DNA from: Eledone cirrhosa | Taxonomy: Eukaryota | Direction of reading: 5' to 3' | Assembly (NCBI GenBank): GCA_964016885.1 | Contig: OZ024759.1 | Location: 3,534,001-3,598,000, forward strand | Length of the DNA: 64,000 nucleotides | The notes under the pieces: model-generated | What the model saw: the letters and a program-made list of their open reading frames with translations, nothing else | What the model was told of the DNA's origin: nothing | Database searches by the model: none | Part shown: piece by piece, positions 25,241-35,929 of the stretch | How positions within the stretch are numbered: position 1 is the first letter of the stretch | Layout of the letters: every line of letters starts with the position of its first letter | Program-made: the position numbers and the translations under genes

Positions 25241-25969
25241 TTAAAAACATAGGTACATTTGTGCTTTACATAGTTTTGGCTTGGTTTTACTGGTTGGGTA
25301 TTTCTCTTGCAACCAACCACTTTACTGAGTGGCCTGGGTGCACCAGTTCTTGAGAGATTGTACTAATTAGGGTGGCACCAAGTGGATACAAAATGCGGGA
25401 CGAAAAGAAGAGAGAGGAGTCAGTTGAAAATGTCTGAGTGGAGGTGGCATGAACCTAGAATACTCCGAGGAACAGAGTCCAATATAGTAGTGGTGGAAAG
25501 CAGGAGGAGAAGGCACATGGGGAGAGTATCAGTGAAGAAGAGAAAAAATGGTGTATCCATTTGGTTTATAGTCAAGTTTTATTTTTTTTAAACAAGCACC
25601 TTTATAGGCTTAGTCGGCCTCCTATGAGGTTGTCACCCCATAGGAAGTATTCTGGGTGTTTCAATGGTAAGGACACCATGCCTATCATGTTGTTGTTACA
25701 GCTCACATTTATGTAGGTTTGGCTGGCCCCCTACAAGGATGCACTCCATGGGAAATATTCTGGGTGTTTTAATAATAAGGACCCCAGGCCTATCATGTTG
25801 TTACAGCTCTACCTATGTAGGTTTAACTGGCCTCTGACAAAAATGCACCCCAAAGGAGCCTCGGTCTTTTCATGTCACTCTTTCCTTGGTAAGTTTGGAA
25901 TCTCACTTTGAAGTGCCATGTGCTCACCTAGAAATACAAATAGCATAGAAGATCTACTGAATGACTCAC

Positions 25970-26107
25970 CTGTCTGACAATTGCTACCTTGATAGCCAGC
26001 TTCACAGCCACCACTGGAACATACACCTGTGATGGGGTCACACTTGCTGTTGTTGGCACGGTGACATAAGTTAATACAGTTGTCACCAAATTTACCACTT
26101 CTACACT
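25970..26107 (-). CDS. EGF-repeat gene exon 5 (one conserved Cys replaced by Arg)
   Basis: tacccag|...|gtgagt, 138 bp, phase 1-1; ECRSGKFGDNCINLCHRANNSKCDPITGVCSSGGCEAGYQGSNCQT. Confidence 0.88.
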
Positions 26108-26139
26108 CTGGGTACATTAAATATGAAGAATATAGAAGT

Positions 26140-27170
26140 TAGATGGAATGAGATGTGAAATGTATGTGATATACAATGTATGAGTTGTGAAATGTATGGG
26201 ATGTGAAATGTATGGGATGTGAAATGTAGGAATATGAAATGTAGTGGGTGTGCAATGTAGGGATGTGAAATGTAGGGATGGGGAATGTAGGAGATGTGAA
26301 ATGTAGGGATGAGGAATGTAGGGATGAGGAATGTAGGAGATGTGAAATGTAAGGATGTGAAATGTAGGGATGAGGAATGTAGGAGATGTGAAATGTAGGA
26401 GATGTGAAATGTAGTAGATATGAAATGTAAGAGATGTGAAATGTAAGAGATGTGAAATGTAAGAGATGTGAAATGTAAGGATGTGAAATGTAGGAGATGT
26501 GAAATGTAGGAGATGTGAAATGTAGTAGATGTGAAATGTAGTAGATGTGAAATGTAAGAGATGTGAAATGTAAGAGATGTGAAATGTAAGAGATGTGAAA
26601 TGTAAGAGATATGAAATGTAAGAGATGTGAAATGTAGGAGATGTGAAATGAAAGGATGTGAAATGTAAGAGATGTGAAATGTAGGAGATGTGAAATGTAA
26701 GAGATGTGAAATGTAGGAGATGTGAAATGTAGGATATGTGAACTGTAAGGATGTGAAATGTAAGATATGTGAAATGTAAGAGATGTGAAATGTAGGAGAT
26801 GTGAAATGTAGGAGATGTGAAATGTAGGAGATGTGAAATGTAGGAGATGGAAATGTAAGGATGTGAAATGTAAGAGATGTGAAATGTAGGTGATGTGAAA
26901 TGTAGGAGATGTGAAATGTAGGAGATGTGAAATGTAAGAGATGTGAAATGTAGATGTGAAATGTAAGAGATGTGAAATGTAGGAGATGTGAAATGTAGAT
27001 GTGAAATGTAAGGGATGTGAAATGTAGGAGATGTGAAATGTAAGGATGTGAAAGGTAAGAGATGTGAAATGTAGGTGATGTGAAATGTAGGATATGTGAA
27101 ATGTAAAGGTATGGATTGTAAAAATGTGAAATATAGATGTGAATTGTGTGAGATGTGAAATGTAGAGAAT
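26140..27170. repeat. 16-bp minisatellite (GATGTGAAATGTARGA)
   Basis: Tandem units with 13-15-bp variants. Confidence 0.95.
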
Positions 27171-27227
27171 GTACAAAAATAACAGTAAACATCAATAACA
27201 ACAACAGCAACCATCATCAACAACAAT

Positions 27228-28440
27228 AGTGGTGGTGGTGGTAATGGAGGTGGTGGTGGTAGTGGTGGTGCTGGTAGTGGAGGTGGTGGTGGTAGTGGTG
27301 GTGGTGGTCGATGTGGTGGTGGCAGTGGTGGTGGTAGTGGTAGTGGTGGTGGTGGTGGTAGTGGTAGTGGTGGTAGTGGTAGTGGTGGTAGTGGTGTGGT
27401 AGTGGTGGTGGTATTAGTGGTGGTGGTGGGGGTAGTGGTGGTAGTGGTGGTGGTGGTGGTGGTGGTAGTGGTGGTGGTGGTGGTAGTGGTGGTGGTGGTG
27501 GTAGTGGTGGTAGTGGTGGTGGTGGTGGTGGTAGTGGTGGTGGTGGTGGTAGTTGAGGTGGTGGTGGTGGTAGTAGAGGTGGTAGTGGTGGTGGTAGTGG
27601 TGGTAGTGGTGGTGGTAGTGGTGGTGGTGGTGGTGGTAGTGGTGGTGGTGTTGGTAGTGGAGGTGGTGGTGGTGGTAGTAGAGGTGGTGGTGGAGGAGGT
27701 GGAGGTGGTTGTGGTGGTGGTGGTGGTTGAGGTGGTAGTGGTGGTAGTGGTGGTGGTAGTGGTCGTGGTGGTGGTGGTGGTGGTGGTAGTGGTAGTGGTA
27801 GTGGAGGTGGTGGTGGAGGTGGTGGTGGTGGTGGTGGTGGTAGTGGTGGTGGTAGTGGTGGCGGTAGTGGTGGTGGTGGTGGTAGTGGTGGTGGTAGTGG
27901 TGGAGGTGGTGGTGGTGATGGAGGTGGTGGTGGTGTTAGTGGTGGTAGTGGTGGTGGTGGTGGTGGTGGTGGTGGTGGTAGTGGTGGTGGTGGTGGTGGT
28001 AGTGGTAGTGGTGGTGGTGGTGGTGGTGATGGTGGTGGTAGTGATGGTGGTGGTAGTGGTTGTAGTAATGGCAGTGGTGGTAGTGGTGGTGGTAATGGCA
28101 GTGGTGGTAGTTGAGGTGATGGTGATGATGGTGGTGGTAGTGGTGGTGGTGGTCGATGTGGTGGTGGTGGTGGTGGCGGTAGTGATGGTGGTGGTAGTGG
28201 TTGTAGTAATGGCAGTGGTGGTAGTGGAGGTGGTGGTGATGGTGGTGGTGGTGGTGGTAGTGGTGGTGGTGGTGGTGGTAGTGGTGGTGGTAGTACAGAG
28301 TATGGTGGTGGTGGTGGTGGTGGTTGGTGGTGGTTGTGGAGGTGGTGGGGTTGTGGTGGTGGTTGCAGTGGGAGTTGTGGTGGTTGATAGTGATGTTGGG
28401 TAGTGGTTGCGGTTGTGGTTGTGGTAGTGGTGGTAGTAGT
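27228..28440. repeat. (GGT)n/(ACC)n compound trinucleotide microsatellite
   Basis: GGT runs interrupted by AGT/GAG/GAT; produces the spurious poly-T/V/P/H ORFs. Confidence 0.95.
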
Positions 28441-28496
28441 GATGATGATGATAATAACAATGATGATATTTATGATGATGATAGTACACCACTTAC

Positions 28497-28634
28497 CTGT
28501 CTGACAGTTGCCACCTTCATATCCAGGAGCACATCCTCCATTAGAGCAGCTACCAGTCTGTGGCTTACATTTACTCTTGTCAGCACAATGACACATGTTT
28601 CGACAGTTTGGTCCAAATTTTCCTCTCTTACATC
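28497..28634 (-). CDS. EGF-repeat gene exon 4
   Basis: tttgtag|...|gtaagt, 138 bp, phase 1-1; GCKRGKFGPNCRNMCHCADKSKCKPQTGSCSNGGCAPGYEGGNCQT. Confidence 0.92.
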
Positions 28635-28807
28635 CTACAAATCAATCAATAACAAATATATATTTTGGTGTGTATTTGTGTGGCCTTGTGGTAAGGGTGT
28701 TGGACTTACAATCATAATGTCGTGAGTTCTATTCCTCAACTAGGTTGTGTGTTGTGTTCTTGAGCAAAAGTATTTCCATTCATGTTGCTCCAGTATAATA
28801 ATAATTG

Positions 28808-28990
28808 TTTCTACTTTTGACACAAGGCCAGCAATTACCCAGTACATTACTGGTACTTTATTTTATCGACCCCGTAAGGATGAAAGGCAAAGTTAACCTT
28901 GGTGGGATTTGAACTCGGATCATAAAGGGACGTAACTCTATGCTTCAAAGCATGGCGTCCGACTCTCTACCAATACTGACAATCCACCGC
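28808..28990 (-). mobile_element. tRNA-derived SINE, family 1, with probable TSD (GCTCCAGTATAATAATAAT on both sides)
   Basis: Homologous to 315-495; direct repeat at ~28787 and ~28989. Confidence 0.8.
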
Positions 28991-29553
28991 TCCAGTATAA
29001 TAATAATAATAGTGAAATTATTGTGTACAGTGCTCAGGTGCACTATAACTCATCAAAGGTGCATGTAAAGCACATAGAATAATGAACAAATGTCAGGAAA
29101 ATGAACAGTGTATGAGTCATGATAAACATATGTACGTGTGTATGGAGGAGGGATATCAGGTGTAGTGTTGGCGAATTTCAGGAAGCTTGGAGATCAGTGC
29201 CAGTAATAGCTGGTGATTTAACCTTGGGATGGACTGGTGCCCTGTCCAGGGGAAGTTTTGTATTTTAAGTCACTTCATGCCATAGATAGCACTGGACTGA
29301 TGACCCTCAGCACTCGAGACACACTTTAGACATTTTTTTGTTTTTGTATATTCAACAGCCCAGTCCTTCTAACTGTCGGTAGGTATCACACTGAGCAGAG
29401 TCCACTGTATTCCCCACACCTGGACAGGATGCTAGTCCATTGCATGGTATTTCACTGCTATATTATTCTATCTACTCCAAAAGTATGACAGAAAAAGTTG
29501 ATTTTGGTGGGATTTGAATACCGTTTTAAAAAAGAACTCAAAATCACAACCCA

Positions 29554-29773
29554 TTAAAACCTTTAGAATTTAAACCGGCCACAATTCTCTCACTTCTTTA
29601 TGTTCAAACCAGCCATAACTGGCTGCTCATACTTATGTTAAGGTATTGTTCTCAAAATAAATAATATCAAAATCTCATAGATTTGATATTATGTGAGATA
29701 ATTATATGAGATAAAGCCTTTACTGTGAAAATATAATAGTGTATATGAAGTAGTGTAAATGCTAAAGGGTTAA
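29554..29773. mobile_element. TTAA-flanked MITE (opposite orientation to the 25023 copy)
   Basis: Reverse complement of 25023-25240; ends AATGCTAAAGGGTTAA. Confidence 0.75.
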
Positions 29774-29995
29774 TCTGTAACTCTACTGCCCCTGCTACTC
29801 ACATCTTCCTCATGATGAACATTTAACATTCACTTCCCCTGTAACCAAGAGTGGGATGTGTCAACAGAGACCGACTCAGAACTTAATCGGAGCTACTGAC
29901 CTCTCAGATGTTACTGGATACATTTCATCATGACTGAAGAGGACATTCATCCATTTGTCTGGTAGATTTTCTAAAGAAATAGAACTACAAAAGAG

Positions 29996-31872
29996 CACAC
30001 ACGTGTCTGACAGGTGCTACCTTATAACCAGGACCACACCATCTACTGTAACACACCTGTCTGACAGATGATACCTTATAACCAGGACCACACCATCTAC
30101 TGTAACACACCTGTCTGACAGGTGCTACCTTATAACCAGGACTACACTATCTACTGTAACACACTTGTCTGATAGATGATACCTTATAACCAGGACAACA
30201 CCATCTACTGTAACACACCTGTCTGACAGGTGCTACCTTATAACCAGGATCACACCATCTACTGTAACACACCTGTCTGACAGCTGCTACCTTATAACCA
30301 GGACCACACCTTCTACTGTAACACACCTGTCTGATAGATGATACCTTATAACCAGGACCACACCATCTACTGTAACACACCTGTCTGACAGCTGCTACCT
30401 TATAACCAGGACTACACTATCTACTGTAACACACTTGTCTGATAGATGATACCTTATAACCAGGACCACACCATCTACTGTAACACACCTGTCTGACAGC
30501 TGCTACCTTATAACCAGGACCACACCATCTACTGTAACACAACTGTCTGACAGGTACTACCATATAACCAGGACCACACCATCTACTGTAACACACCTGT
30601 CTGACAGCTGCTACCTTATAACCAGGACCACACCATCTACTGTAACACAACTGTCTGACAGGTGCTACCTTATAACCAGGACCACACCATCTACTGTAAC
30701 ACACCTGTCTGACAGGTGCTACCTTATAACCAGGATCACACCATCTACTGTAACACACCTGTCTGACAGCTGCTACCATATAACCAGGACCACACCATCT
30801 ACTGTAACACACCTGTCTGACAGGTGCTACATTATAACCAGGACCACACCATCTACTGTAACACACGTGTCTGACAGGTGCTACCTTATAACCAGGACCA
30901 CACCATCTACTGTAACACACCTGTCTGACAGGTGCTACTTTATAACCAGGACCACACCATCTACTGTAACACACCTGTCTGACAGCTGCTACCTTATAAC
31001 CAGGACCACACCATCTACTGTAACACACCTGTCTGACAGGTGCTACCTTATAACCAGGACTTCACCATCTACTGTAACACACCTGTCTGACAGGTGCTAC
31101 CTTATAACCAGGACCACACCATCTACTGTAACACACCTGTCTGATAGATGATACCTTATAACCAGGATCACACCATCTACTGTAACACACGTGTCTGACA
31201 GGTGCTACCTTATAACCAGGACCACACCATCTACTGTAACACACCTGTCTGACAGGTGCTACCTTATAACCAGGACCACACCATCTACTGTAACACACCT
31301 GTCTGACAGGTGCTACCTTATAACCAGGACTTCACCATCTACTGTAACACACCTGTCTGACAGGTGCTACTTTATAACCAGGACCACACCATCTACTGTA
31401 ACACACCTGTCTGACAGCTGCTACCTTATAACCAGGACCACACCATCTACTGTAACACACCTGTCTGACAGGTGCTACCTTATAACCAGGACTTCACCAT
31501 CTACTGTAACATACCTGTCTGACAGGTGCTACCTTATAACCAGGACCACACCATCTACTGTAACACACCTGTCTGATAGATGATACCTTATAACCAGGAT
31601 CACACCATCTACTGTAACACACGTGTCTGACAGCTGCTACCTTATAACCAGGACCACACCATCTACTGTAACACACCTGTCTGACAGGTGCTACCTTATA
31701 ACCAGGACTTCACCATCTACTGTAACACACTTGTCTGACAGGTGCTACCTTATAACCAGGCCACACCATGTACTGTAACACACCTGTCTGATAGATGATA
31801 CCTTATAACCAGGAACACACCTTCCACTGGAACACACACCTGTCTCTGTCTTACACCTACTATCATCTTGAC
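29996..31872 (-). repeat. 54-bp satellite (~33 copies) derived from the 3' half of an EGF exon, headed by a partial exon copy
   Basis: The minus-strand unit GTGTGTTACAGTAGATGGTGTGGTCCTGGTTATAAGGTAGCACCTGTCAGACAG aligns to exon GTGTGTGTTCTAGTGGAGGATGTGCTGCTGGTTATGAAGGTAGCAACTGTCAGACAG. Confidence 0.93.
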
Positions 31873-31902
31873 TAAATATATTAAGTAGCAAACAAAGCTT
31901 AC

Positions 31903-32040
31903 CTGTCTGACAGTTGCTACCTTCATAACCAGCAGTACATCCTCCTCTAGAACACACACCTGTCTGTTTGTTACATTTACTGTTGTCAACACAGTGACAT
32001 GTGTTGCCACAGTTGGCTCCAAATTTTCCATTTCTACAGA
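31903..32040 (-). CDS. EGF-repeat gene exon 3
   Basis: tccacag|...|gtaagc, 138 bp, phase 1-1; VCRNGKFGANCGNTCHCVDNSKCNKQTGVCSRGGCTAGYEGSNCQT. Confidence 0.92.
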
Positions 32041-32299
32041 CTGTGGAAATAAAAATATGAGAACAATGACAATAACAACAACATATAACACTATACAAGA
32101 TAATGCTTTCTGATTTAGGCACAAGGCCAGCAATTTTAGGGGAGGAGAAAATCAATTAAATCGACCCCAGTGTGTGACTGGTACTTCATTTTATCAACCC
32201 TGTTGGGATGAAAGGGATAGCTACCACAATTCTATCATCTATATTATAGCGTTGTCATCTATACTATATCTATATCATCTGAACTATATTTGTATCATC

Positions 32300-34830
32300 T
32301 TAATTTCCATGTTTCTAACACCCATGGATATGCCTACAAAGTCAGAAAACAGCACAGCTCCCATGACTTTCGGAAACATTTTTTCAAGCTCCGAGTTGCT
32401 GAAGCATGGAACAAACTACCTGCATCAGTTGTTAGCTGTCGAGACACTACATCCTTTAAAACCTCCATGGAACAAACTACCTGCATCAGTTGTTAGCTGT
32501 CGAGACACTACATCCTTTAAAACCTCCATGGAACAAACTACTTGGATCAGTTGTTCGCTGTCGAGACACTACATCCTTTAAAACCTCCATGGAACAAACT
32601 ACCTGCATCAGTTGTTAGCTGTCGAGACACTGCATCCTTTAAAACCTCCATGGAACAAACTACCTGCATCAGTTGTTAGCTGTCGAGACAGTACATCCTC
32701 TAAAACCTCCATGGAACAAACTACCTGCATCAGTTGTTAGCTGTCGAGACACATCCTTTAAAACCTCCATGGAACAAACTACCTGCATCAGTTGTTAGCT
32801 GTCTAGACACTACATCCTTTAAAACCTCCATGGAACAAACTACCTGCATCAGTTGTTAGCTGTCGAGACACTACATCCTTTAAAACCTCCATGGAACAAA
32901 CTACCTGCATCAGTTGTTAGCTGTCGAGACACTACATCCTTTAAAACCTCCATGGAACAAACTACCTGCATCAGTTGTTAGCTGTCGAGACACTGCATCC
33001 TTTAAAACCTCCATGGAACAAACTACCTGCATCAGTTGTTAGCTGTCGAGACACTGCATCCTTTAAAACCTCCATGGAACAAACTACCTGCATCAGTTGT
33101 TAGCTGTCGAGACACTACATCCTTTAAAACCTCCATGGAACAAACTACCTGCATCAGTTGTTAGCTGTCGAGACACTACATCCTTTAAAACCTCCATGGA
33201 ACAAACTACTTGCATCAGTTGTTAGCTGTTGAGACACTACATCCTTTAAAACCTCCATGGAACAAACTACCTGCATCAGTTGTTAGCTGTCGAGACACAT
33301 CCTTTAAAACCTCCATGGAACAAACTACTTGCATCAGTTGTTAGCTGTCGAGACACTACATCCTTTAAAACCTCCATGGAACAAACTACCTGCATTAGTT
33401 GTTAGCTGTCGAGACACTATATCCTTTAAAACCTCCATGGAACAAACTACCTGCATCAGTTGTTAGCTGTCGAGACACTGCATCCTTTAAAACCTCCATG
33501 GAACAAACTACCTGCATCAGTTGTTAGCTGTCGAGACACATCCTTTAAAACCTCCATGGAACAAACTACTTGCATCAGTTGTTAGCTGTCGAGACACTAC
33601 ATCCTTTAAAACCTCCATGGAACAAACTACCTGCATTAGTTGTTAGCTGTCGAGACACTACATCCTTTAAAACCTCCATGGAAGAAACTACCTGCATCAG
33701 TTGTTAGCTGTCGAAATACTACATCCTTTAAAACCTCCATGGAACAAACTACTTGCATCAGTTGTTAGCTGTCGAGACACTACATCCTTTAAAACCTCCA
33801 TGGAACAAACTACCTGCATTAGTTGTTAGCTGTCGAGACACTACATCCTTTAAAACCTCCATGGAACAAACTACCTGCATCAGTTGTTAGCTGTCGAGAC
33901 ACTACATCCTTTAAAACCTCCATGGAACAAACTACCTGCATCAGTTGTTAGCTGTCGAGATACATCCTTTAAAACCTCCATGGAACAAACTACTTGCATC
34001 AGTTGTTAGCTGTTGAGACACTACATCCTTTAAAACCTCCATGGAACAAACTACCTGCATCAGTTGTTAGCTGTCGAGACACTACATCCTTTAAAACCTC
34101 CATGGAACAAACTACTTGCATCAGTTGTTAGCTGTTGAGACACTACATCCTTTAAAACCTCCATGGAACAAACTACTTGCATCAGTTGTTAGCTGTCGAG
34201 ACACTACATCCTTTAAAACCTCCATGGAACAAACTTCCTGCATCAGTTGTTAGCTGCCGAGACACTGCATCCTTTAAAACCTCCATGGAACAAACTCCCT
34301 GAATCAGTTGTTAGCTGTCGAGACACATCCTTTAAAACCTCCATGGAACAAACTCCCTGCATCAGTTGTTAGCTGTCGAGACACTACATCCTTTACAACC
34401 TCCATGGAACAAACTCCCTGCATCAGTTGTTAGCTGTCGAGACACTACATCCTTTACAACCTCCATGGAACAAACTACCTGCATCAGTTGTTAGCTGTCG
34501 AGACACATCCTTTACAACCTCCATGGAACAAACTACCTGCATCAGTTGTTAGCTGTCGAGACACTACATCCTTTACAACCTCCATGGAACAAACTCCCTG
34601 CATCAGTTGTTAGCTGTCGAGACACTACATCCTTTAAAACCTCTATGCTTCCTGAGATTCGTCAACGCTGCACCTGATGTCCCCCCCTTCCATACACACG
34701 CACACATGTATTTCATGACTCATACACTGTTCCTTTTCTTGACATTTAAACATTATTCTATGTACTATACATGCACCTTTGATGAGTTGTAGTGCACCTG
34801 AGCATTGTACACAATAATTTCATTATTATA
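32300..34830 (+). mobile_element. CR1-like LINE 3' end containing an internal 61-bp tandem expansion
   Basis: NTHGYAYKVRKQHSSHDFRKHFFKLRVAEAWNKLPASVV precedes the array; MLPEIRQRCT* and the 3' UTR with (ATT)n follow it. Confidence 0.85.
32404..34643. repeat. 61-bp satellite, ~37 copies
   Basis: Unit CATGGAACAAACTACCTGCATCAGTTGTTAGCTGTCGAGACACTACATCCTTTAAAACCTC. Confidence 0.96.
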
Positions 34831-35004
34831 TTATTTTATACTCCAGTGGTATGACCTAAACTATATATAATCCATACTATATCTATACAATCTATATGAT
34901 TTCCGTAACATCGATATTATGTCTATATACTTGCCGATTCTCTACACTCCATACCAATGTTATACTATATATCATGTGGCTATGATATCCCCTTTATATT
35001 GTAA

Positions 35005-35338
35005 GCACATAGCTTAGTAGTTAGAGCATTGGCCTTGCAATCGAAAGGTTGTGAGTTCAATTCTCAGACCGGGTGATGTGTTGTTTCCTTGAGCAGGACA
35101 CTTTATTTCACATTGCTCCAGTTTACTCAGTTGTAGAAATGTGATGATAGGGACTGGAGTCCATTACATTCCACTGCAAAGTGGTCCTGGAGGTGCCACG
35201 GCAAAAAACACCCAATATTCACTGTAAATGAGGTTGGTGTTAGGAGGGGCATCCAGCTGTAGAAATCAAGCCAGAATCAGTTTCCGTCCCACCCTTGTAA
35301 GCAGGGAAAAGCAGACGTAAAATGATGATGATGATGAT
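35005..35338 (+). mobile_element. tRNA-headed SINE with RTE tail (family 2)
   Basis: Homologous to 12214-12551 and 48380-48706. Confidence 0.85.
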
Positions 35339-35365
35339 TGTAACTCCAAAACAGTTTAAATCTAC

Positions 35366-35472
35366 CTGTCTCACAGGTGTTACCTTCATAACCAGCACTA
35401 CACCCTCCACTAAAACACACACCTGTCTCTGTGTTACACCTAGCTGTGTGTTACACCTATTGTCATCTTGAC
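35366..35472 (-). pseudogene. Partial, frameshifted duplicate of the 3' part of an EGF exon
   Basis: QDDNRCNTQ.../CNTETGVCFSGGCSAGYEGNTCET followed by gtagat; no in-phase acceptor seen. Confidence 0.75.
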
Positions 35473-35515
35473 TCAATATATCATGTTAGAAACAAAGCTA
35501 TACTACACCACTTAC

Positions 35516-35653
35516 CTGTCTGACAGTTGCTACCTTCAGAACCAGCAGTACATCCTCCACTAGAACACACACCTGTCTGTTTGTTACACCTGTTATTATC
35601 AGCACAGTGGCATGTGTGTTTACAGTTAGCTCCAAATTTACCAATGTCACAGG
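35516..35653 (-). CDS. EGF-repeat gene exon 2
   Basis: attacag|...|gtaagt, 138 bp, phase 1-1; ACDIGKFGANCKHTCHCADNNRCNKQTGVCSSGGCTAGSEGSNCQT. Confidence 0.92.
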
Positions 35654-35929
35654 CTGTAATATGAAATGTAATGTAAACAGTTTGAACAATTTCAAGATAT
35701 AATATTTACAATTATTAACCTTTTTGATATCAAAATACCTGACACCGATTAACTGTTTTACTCTATATATTTATCTAAAAACTTCCCACTATAGTGTTAT
35801 GTAAGAACTTTTGTTAGGTTATGTTCCATCCAAAATATTAGTGATGAAAATCTCAGTTATATAACTATAGCCCTTCAAATTCTTCATTATATAAAAATTT
35901 GTTTAAAATCGTATGCAATATATTTCTTT

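Noticed and set aside
26117-28492. 791-aa poly-Thr/Pro 'mucin-like' ORF (and the 1059-aa ORF at 43051-46230)
   Set aside because: Translation of (ACC)n plus the 16-bp satellite. It is open in several frames and on both strands, lies between well-defined exons, and has no supported splice sites. A mucin exon cannot be fully excluded without RNA data.
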